From an uncultured Chloroflexia bacterium (lineage in GTDB: Bacteria > Chloroflexota > Dehalococcoidia > DSTF01 > JALHUB01): a stretch of DNA of 15,145 nucleotides. The position numbers and the translations under genes were made by a program. Numbering within the stretch: position 1 is the stretch's first letter; every line of letters begins with the position of its first letter. Under the pieces are notes generated by a model. The model worked only from the letters and a program-made list of their open reading frames with translations. It made no database searches and was not told the DNA's origin. The stretch spans positions 1 through 15,145 of the forward strand of contig CAVSBT010000023.1 of assembly GCA_963726245.1 (NCBI GenBank), read 5' to 3'. Shown in pieces: positions 10,026-15,145 of this stretch.

Positions 10026-10074
10026 TATGGACCTCCTAAGGTGTGCTTTCTCTTCACAACCTGTTCTGGCTCTC

Positions 10075-10128
10075 ACGATAAGGATTGCCGGTTAACGGGT
10101 TGTTAACGGCAGTGAACAAGGGGTAAAA
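10075..10128 (-). promoter_or_regulatory. Putative Pho-box array and -10 element of the pstSCAB-phoU promoter
   Basis: Plus-strand hexamers GTTAAC 10091, GTTAAC 10102, GTGAAC 10112, GTAAAA 10123 (spacing 11/10/11). Minus-strand TATCGT (10075-10080) lies 10 nt downstream of the last box. Confidence 0.75.
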
Positions 10129-10459
10129 GTTTGGCCTTCCGTCCGGCGTCGCTGCCTGGGCTCATCGCCCGCAGCACCGCGAGACGCTCGCGCCAGGAGC
10201 TGAGCGCCTCTCGGAGTAGCTCTGCTGCCTGGAGTCCGGTGCGCACCTCCTGCGGGTCCTGGGCTTCACCCACGCTGCAGAGCAACTCGAAGAGGGCGCG
10301 CTCGCAGGCCCTCGCCAGAAAGGTGCAGGCAAGGAGCTGAACTTGTGGCCCTTCTGTCCTGCCATCAGGGGATAGTCCGGGGTAACCGGCGAGGAATAGC
10401 GGCGCGCCCTCTATCGAACACTGAGCATTGGCAGCAGATAGGTAGAGTGATTGATCCAT
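10103..10459 (-). CDS. Hypothetical protein (~118 aa, helical C-terminal half)
   Basis: Co-oriented with neighbours; GGAG 8 nt before ATG 10459 (alternative GTG 10477 overlaps the upstream stop). No recognised motif. Its stop lies within the Pho-box array. Confidence 0.5.
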   Translation of the reverse strand: MDQSLYLSAANAQCSIEGAPLFLAGYPGLSPDGRTEGPQVQLLACTFLARACERALFELLCSVGEAQDPQEVRTGLQAAELLREALSSWRERLAVLRAMSPGSDAGRKAKLLPLVHCR

Positions 10460-10473
10460 TACGCAGACTCCAA

Positions 10474-10728
10474 TCACTTCGGCCCGTCATCGGTGTTGGG
10501 CTGTTCGACCTCGCTTTCCTGCAGGCTCGAAAGCAGCCAGCTTGGCAGGGACTTGAACGCTTCTTCCATGCCGGGCTCCACGCGCCAAGTCCACGCTTGA
10601 CGGCGCTTCGCCGCCGCCTTTGGGCTCCCCCGCGCCTGCCGCACGCTGGAGAGCCGTTCCAGTTCGCGCTCCCTCTCCGCGGTAGTCACCGCCAGCAGTT
10701 CCTCGGTCATTAGCATCCCAGTGATCAT
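10474..10728 (-). CDS. Hypothetical small protein (~84 aa)
   Basis: Strong GGAGGTG (10732-10738) before ATG 10728; charged helical segment AERERELERL; co-oriented with the operon. Confidence 0.6.
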   Translation of the reverse strand: MITGMLMTEELLAVTTAERERELERLSSVRQARGSPKAAAKRRQAWTWRVEPGMEEAFKSLPSWLLSSLQESEVEQPNTDDGPK

Positions 10729-10870
10729 TGTCACCTCCATCAAAGAGCAACCGCCACATCCCAGGAAGAAGGGTGCCGCCGATCATTGCTGCCCGTCATC
10801 CTCCATGTCGATTGAGTGGGCTAGCATACCGCCCATGGGTCAGGAGGCTGGAGGAGTTGGCGGCCACCGG

Positions 10871-10948
10871 GTGGGCGGTAGGCTAGGGTCGGGGGATGCC
10901 GCTCACTCCCCGCCTGCTGAACGTACATCCCCCGATCCCTCGGCCCAC
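10871..10948. other. Stem-loop in the long phoR-downstream intergenic region
   Basis: TCGGGGGATG (10889-10898) is the exact reverse complement of CATCCCCCGA (10926-10935). Pairing extends via AGGG/CCCT and GTGGGC (10871-10876)/GCCCAC (10943-10948). Confidence 0.55.
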
Positions 10949-10961
10949 GTTTGAGGCAAAC
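10949..10961. promoter_or_regulatory. Palindromic motif GTTTG-AGG-CAAAC, copy 1
   Basis: An identical intergenic 13-mer recurs at 13682-13694. Confidence 0.5.
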
Positions 10962-11022
10962 TGACTTGAAGGACGCCAACACTAGAGCTCACTCACGTTA
11001 ATGCAACCTTGTTCCGGGAGAA

Positions 11023-11076
11023 AGGGTAATGCCGGCAGTTTAACGGCGGATTGACGCCCGTTAACAGGACGTAAAC
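11023..11076 (-). promoter_or_regulatory. Second putative Pho-box array and -10 element
   Basis: Plus-strand hexamers TTTAAC 11039, ATTGAC 11050, GTTAAC 11060, GTAAAC 11071 (spacing 11/10/11). Minus-strand TACCCT (11023-11028) is 10 nt from the last box, the same geometry as the pstS promoter. Confidence 0.7.
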
Positions 11077-11098
11077 GTTGCGTCAAAACTGGGGTGGG

Positions 11099-12886
11099 CT
11101 AACTCTCCGAGGGCTCGGGCGCGGCAGGGATAGAGAAGCTGAACGTGGAGCCGTGGCCGAGTTCGCTCTCCACGCCGACAGTGCCGCCGTGGGCCTCCAC
11201 CGTATGCTTCACCACGGCCAGGCCCAGGCCGGTGCCCCCGACTGGGCGGCCACCCGTCCGGGCACGGGCGCGGTCGGCCTTGTAGAACCGTTCGAAGATG
11301 CGCGGCAGGTCCTCGGGGGCGATACCTATGCCTGTGTCACTCACGTTGACGGTCACGGCGCCATCCTCAGGATGCGCCGAGACGTGGACCGAGCCGCCGC
11401 CGGGAGTGAACTTGATGGCGTTGTGAAGGAGGTTGACGGCCGCCTGCTCCAAGCGTTCGGCGTCGCCGATGACGGAAGGCAGGTCAGGAGGCACCTCCAG
11501 AGTAAGGCTGACCCCCTCCTTCTCTGCTTGAGGGCGCATTCGTCCGACGGCCTTCGCAAGGACTTGGCCCATCTCCACCTGTTGCCGTTCGAGCGGAACG
11601 CGCTCGGATTCAACACGGGACAGCTCCAGGAGCTCCTCCACCATCTGCACCAGCCGGTCCACCTCCGCATCTGCACGCGAGAGGAAGTCCTGGGCCGCCG
11701 CCCGGTCATCGAGTGCCCCGGACTGCAGTGTCTCTATCACCGACTTGATGGAGGCGAGCGGCGTGCGAAGCTCATGGGAGACGTTCGCCACGAAGTCGCG
11801 GCGCACCTGCTCAACCTGCTTGATGTCGGTCAGGTCATGGAAAACAACCAGGCCTGCCCACTCGCCGCCGTCAACGATGGGTGTTGCGATGATCTCCAGG
11901 TATCGGCGGTTCGGCTGGTCAAGAAGGCGCGTCTCGCGGGACCCGTTCTGGCGGCTGATCCTCAGTGCCTCTAGCACCTGCTCATTGGGCATTACCCAGC
12001 CAAAGGGATTGCCAAGCAGCTCCTGCTGAGAGCGTGAGAACAGGCGCTCCGCAGCCACGTTGGCGAAAATGACGCGGTCCTCGGTGTCCACCGCTACCAC
12101 CGCGTCGATACTGCTGTTGAGAGCGGCTATGAGGCGGCTGCGCTCCTGAGAGGCGGACACGAGGAGGTCTTCAACGCTTGCGGCCATCTGGTTAAAGGCA
12201 TCGCTCAGGTCCCCTAGCTCACCAGAAGGCCGCGGGCTCACCCGCTCGCTCAGGTTGCCCGCGGCGATGCTGCGAGCCGCCTTCGCGAGCCTGCTGAGTG
12301 GCCGCGTGATGGCGCTGCCTACCAGCAGGCTCAGGGCGGCGGCCGCCGCTGCGGTGGCGACCACGCCGATCAGGATCGAGCGGGTGATATCGGACAGTGA
12401 GGAATCGACCGCCGCCGTCGGCCGCGCCACCCGCACGACGCCAACGACATTACCATCGGCAGTGACACTGGTGGCGACGTAGGTGAAGTTGATCCCCAGG
12501 GTGCTGCTGTGCCGGTCGCTCTTCCCCTGCCCGGTGCGGATCGCCTCCTGGACCTCTGGCCGACTCAGGTGGTTTTCCATGGTCGCGGGGTCGGCCTCGG
12601 AGTCACCCAGCACCGTGCCGTCGGGAGCGATAATGGTGATGCGGGTATCGGTCTGGGCGCCCAGTTGCTTCGCGAGCTGGTCAAAGGCCGCCGGCGGAGC
12701 GCCTTGCTGCACAAGAGGTCCCACAAGGTTCTTTGCCATCTGAGCCTGGGAGGCCAAGTCCGCCTCGATGCTCTTTCGAAAGTCACCCTCGACTTTGCCC
12801 AGGATGTACAGCCCGAGGCCGGCGAAGGCGGCCACAATGAGCAAAACGTAGGCGGCGGCGGTGCGAAGGCGAAGGCTCCTCAGCAT
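11099..12886 (-). CDS. phoR: PhoR-type sensor histidine kinase (2 TM, extracytoplasmic domain, HAMP, PAS, HisKA, HATPase)
   Basis: H box DFVANVSHELRTP, N box NLLHNAIKFT, G1 DTGIGI, F box IFERFY, G2 GGTGLGL. Start placed at ATG 12886, 2 nt after the regulator stop. Confidence 0.92.
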   Translation of the reverse strand: MLRSLRLRTAAAYVLLIVAAFAGLGLYILGKVEGDFRKSIEADLASQAQMAKNLVGPLVQQGAPPAAFDQLAKQLGAQTDTRITIIAPDGTVLGDSEADPATMENHLSRPEVQEAIRTGQGKSDRHSSTLGINFTYVATSVTADGNVVGVVRVARPTAAVDSSLSDITRSILIGVVATAAAAAALSLLVGSAITRPLSRLAKAARSIAAGNLSERVSPRPSGELGDLSDAFNQMAASVEDLLVSASQERSRLIAALNSSIDAVVAVDTEDRVIFANVAAERLFSRSQQELLGNPFGWVMPNEQVLEALRISRQNGSRETRLLDQPNRRYLEIIATPIVDGGEWAGLVVFHDLTDIKQVEQVRRDFVANVSHELRTPLASIKSVIETLQSGALDDRAAAQDFLSRADAEVDRLVQMVEELLELSRVESERVPLERQQVEMGQVLAKAVGRMRPQAEKEGVSLTLEVPPDLPSVIGDAERLEQAAVNLLHNAIKFTPGGGSVHVSAHPEDGAVTVNVSDTGIGIAPEDLPRIFERFYKADRARARTGGRPVGGTGLGLAVVKHTVEAHGGTVGVESELGHGSTFSFSIPAAPEPSES

Positions 12887-12888
12887 CC

Positions 12889-13569
12889 CTAACCGTCGAA
12901 TCGATATCCCACGCCGCGGACAGTGATGAGCCGCGACGGCTTGGCAGGCACGTCCTCTGTCTTCTGGCGTAACCATCGGATGTGGACGTCCACTGTGCGG
13001 GTGTCACCCACGAAGTCATAACCCCAGATCTGGTTCAGGAGCTGGTCGCGCGTGAAGGCGCGGCCGCGGTTGCGAAGGAAGAAGGCCAGCAGGTCGAACT
13101 CCTTAGGCTTTAGCGGGAGCGCCTGGCCGCCCCGCGACGCTTCCCTCCTCCGCAGGTCCACCTGAAGCTCGCCGGCTACCAGGACTTCCGTCTCGGCCGC
13201 CGGCGCTGTCTCGGCGCGGCGCAAGAGGGCGCGGACGCGGGCCAGAAGCTCGCGCATGCTGAACGGCTTGGTGACGTAGTCGTCGGCGCCCAGCTCCAGT
13301 CCCACCACCTTGTCTATCTCGTCGGTCTTGGCTGTCAACATCAGGATGGGCGTGGTCATCTCGCGGCGGAGGATGCGGCAGACCTCGAGGCCGTCCATCA
13401 CCGGCAGCAGAAGGTCAAGGAGTATGAGGTCGGGGCGGTTCGCGCGGGCAGCGGAGAGGCCTGCTTCGCCGTCTGCGGCGGTGATGACGCAGTAGCCCTC
13501 GCGCTCGAGATTGTACTTCAGGGTCGCTACGAGCGTGGGCTCATCATCGACAACGAGGACCTTCTTCAC
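12889..13569 (-). CDS. phoB: OmpR/PhoB-family response regulator (PhoB/PhoP by context)
   Basis: Receiver VLVVDDE...ILLD...LTAK...GADDYVTKPF; winged helix RTVDVHIRWLR...TVRGVGYRF. Phosphate specificity is inferred from adjacency to phoR and pst. Confidence 0.88.
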   Translation of the reverse strand: MKKVLVVDDEPTLVATLKYNLEREGYCVITAADGEAGLSAARANRPDLILLDLLLPVMDGLEVCRILRREMTTPILMLTAKTDEIDKVVGLELGADDYVTKPFSMRELLARVRALLRRAETAPAAETEVLVAGELQVDLRRREASRGGQALPLKPKEFDLLAFFLRNRGRAFTRDQLLNQIWGYDFVGDTRTVDVHIRWLRQKTEDVPAKPSRLITVRGVGYRFDG

Positions 13570-13601
13570 GAGAGGGAGTCCCAGCTCCGCGTTCTGAGGC
13601 C

Positions 13602-13607
13602 ATTATA
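13602..13607 (-). promoter_or_regulatory. Putative -10 element of the phoB-phoR promoter
   Basis: Perfect TATAAT on the minus strand, 32 nt upstream of GTG 13569. No clear -35. Confidence 0.55.
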
Positions 13608-13681
13608 GGACGGTAGCGCCTTGTGTAGCCATTGGCCGGGCGCGGGGCGGAGGCGCGGTGAGACGTGGAAGCGCTTCGGTT

Positions 13682-13694
13682 GTTTGAGGCAAAC
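13682..13694. promoter_or_regulatory. Palindromic motif GTTTG-AGG-CAAAC, copy 2, upstream of phoB
   Basis: Exact match to 10949-10961. Confidence 0.5.
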
Positions 13695-13742
13695 GGGCAG
13701 GACTTAGCGTTCGGACCGGTTTAGCCCCGTTTACCGCTGGGA

Positions 13743-13912
13743 TCCCCCTACCCCGCGCAGATGATCGAGCAGTCGGGGCCGTGGACTTTCTCGGCCTGGG
13801 CGATGGCCTCCTCGACGGTCGCCGTGGGGATGAAGCCGACGTGCCGGGGCACCGCCGGGTCCTCGGCGCCCGCCACGAAGACGCGGCCGGCGTGTCGCAG
13901 GCGCTTCAGGGG
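13743..13912. repeat. Direct repeat copy 2 (170 bp), current 3' end of the LarA-like gene
   Basis: 160/170 identical to 5205-5374; includes the stop codon and 5 downstream bases. Confidence 0.97.
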
Positions 13913-15104
13913 GTGCGTGGCCAGGATGCCGTGGATGGGGTGGAAGGCGCAGCCCCGCCGGTACATCTCGACGTAGTCGGAGCGCGCCGCGAACTCGTCC
14001 AGGAAGCGCTCAGTGATCTCGTAGGGGTCCAGCGACTGGGTGAGCACCCGGTCCCACACCTCCGGGTACGAGGGGTGGTGCTCCATGTCCCACTGCTCGG
14101 GACAGGGCGTGGAGAGGATCACCGAGCACCCCGGCTTCCCCAGCGCCTCGATGTAGCCGCCCAGGTAGCCCAGGCCCGAGGAGATCAGGGTGAGGATGGG
14201 GTTCATCCTGGCGAAGGTGGCGTAGGGGCTCCAGTTGGGCACGCCGTAGATGATGACGTCGGCCGGCTCGGCGGCCGTCCGGCGCGGCGGGTTCTGGGCC
14301 GCCTGCACCTCCAGGGCGCGCGCCCGCGTCTCCGAGACGGTGCCGGCCCAGATGTGGGCTATCGTCATCGCGTCCGCCAGGAGCGTCTCCACCTTGAAGA
14401 TGCGGCGCCCGATGGACTTCTCCAGGTGCTCGCCCATGCTCATCGAAGACCTGGTGCATGCGGTTGCCCCGGACCGACATCGACATGCCGTCCGGGGTGT
14501 GCGTCCAGCGGATGGAGCGCCAGGTGGAGAGGCCCACGCAGACCGACTTCCAGCCGCCGCTGAAGCCCAGCATGACGCCGGCATTGATGTAGACCGTCAG
14601 GTCTGAGTCGGCCACCAGGCGGTGCACCTCCACGTCGTAGCCGCTCGCCGTCGTGCCGAGGTTGACCAGGTTCTCCGCGTCCTCGGCGTCGTGGCAGGCC
14701 AGGCGCGGCCCGAAGCGCCGCACCAATTCTTCTCCCAGGATGCTGGTCAGCTCTTCGTGCGTCCACTTGCGGTGGAGGGCGTTGGCGCAGACCAGGTTGA
14801 CGTTCTCCTCCGGGACGCCGACCAGCGCCAGCTCCTCGAGGACGGCCTCGATGACCAGGCGCCGCACCGGCCCGTAGGAAGGCGCCGTCGGATCGTCGAA
14901 GGCGATGAGCACCCGGCCGCCGGGGCGCACCATCTCCCGGATGCGCGGCAGGCCGAGCGGCTTCGCCAGGGCGGTCAGGACCGCCTCGGCCTGGTCCGTG
15001 ACCGGCTGGAGGCCGCTGCGCAGGTCGCGGGAGGGGAAACGCGTGCGGTCCGGCAGGCTGACTTCGACTGTGGTGTCACCGTAGGGGAGCGTTCTCGTAA
15101 TCAT
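13748..15104 (-). CDS. LarA-superfamily (DUF2088, lactate racemase N-terminal domain) protein with one apparent +1 indel at ~14438
   Basis: N-terminal LPYG, AL..PLG.PRI.E, IAFDDPT, CANALHR, CHDAED and GFSGGWKS; C-terminal TVEEAI. Removing one base joins MHQVFDE to MGEHLEK, giving ~451 aa. Confidence 0.82.
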
Positions 15105-15145
15105 AGTGCCCAACTCATATCAGACGGTGCCGCCACGCGCAAGGG

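Larger units (their letters stand above)
5375..13742 (-). mobile_element. Putative repeat-bounded phosphate-acquisition genomic island with no mobility gene
   Basis: Bounded by the 170-bp direct repeats. Cargo is one coherent functional unit. Third-position A/T codons appear more frequent than in valS or the LarA-like gene (by eye, not computed). Confidence 0.7.

Noticed and set aside
11078-11974. 298-aa plus-strand ORF
   Set aside because: Antisense shadow of the phoR kinase domain.
12887-12976. Longer PhoR N-terminus from 12976
   Set aside because: It overlaps the regulator's C-terminus. ATG 12886 directly precedes the first transmembrane helix.
13700-13740. Possible Pho boxes upstream of phoB (GTTTAG 13719, GTTTAC 13729)
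   Set aside because: Only two weak units, without the 11/10/11 pattern, and more than 100 bp from the TATAAT. Autoregulation is not supported.
1-15145. Integrase, transposase, tRNA, CRISPR array or classical rho-independent terminators
   Set aside because: None recognised. There is no recombinase-like ORF, cloverleaf, regularly spaced repeat-spacer array or hairpin with a convincing U-tract.

Overview
High-GC bacterial window, probably Chloroflexota-like (inferred from the gene set, not verified). It contains, in order: the 3' two-thirds of valS (+); a large type IIG-like restriction-modification gene (+) broken by apparent single-base indels; a complete minus-strand phosphate-scavenging cassette (phoB/phoP, phoR, two hypothetical ORFs, pstS, pstC, pstA, pstB, phoU); and a LarA/DUF2088-family gene (-). 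The main observation is that the whole Pho cassette (5375-13742) lies between two 170-bp direct repeats (5205-5374 and 13743-13912; 10 mismatches, no gaps). The repeat is the 3' end of the LarA-like gene. This looks like an island inserted into a protein-coding gene's 3' end, carrying a replacement end, with no integrase or transposase visible. Inside it are two Pho-box-like arrays with identical 11/10/11 spacing and identically placed TAnnnT -10 elements. One precedes pstS and the other precedes a structured leader and two unknown genes. A second palindromic motif, GTTTG-AGG-CAAAC, occurs twice. Six apparent single-base indels across three genes are most likely sequencing or consensus errors.
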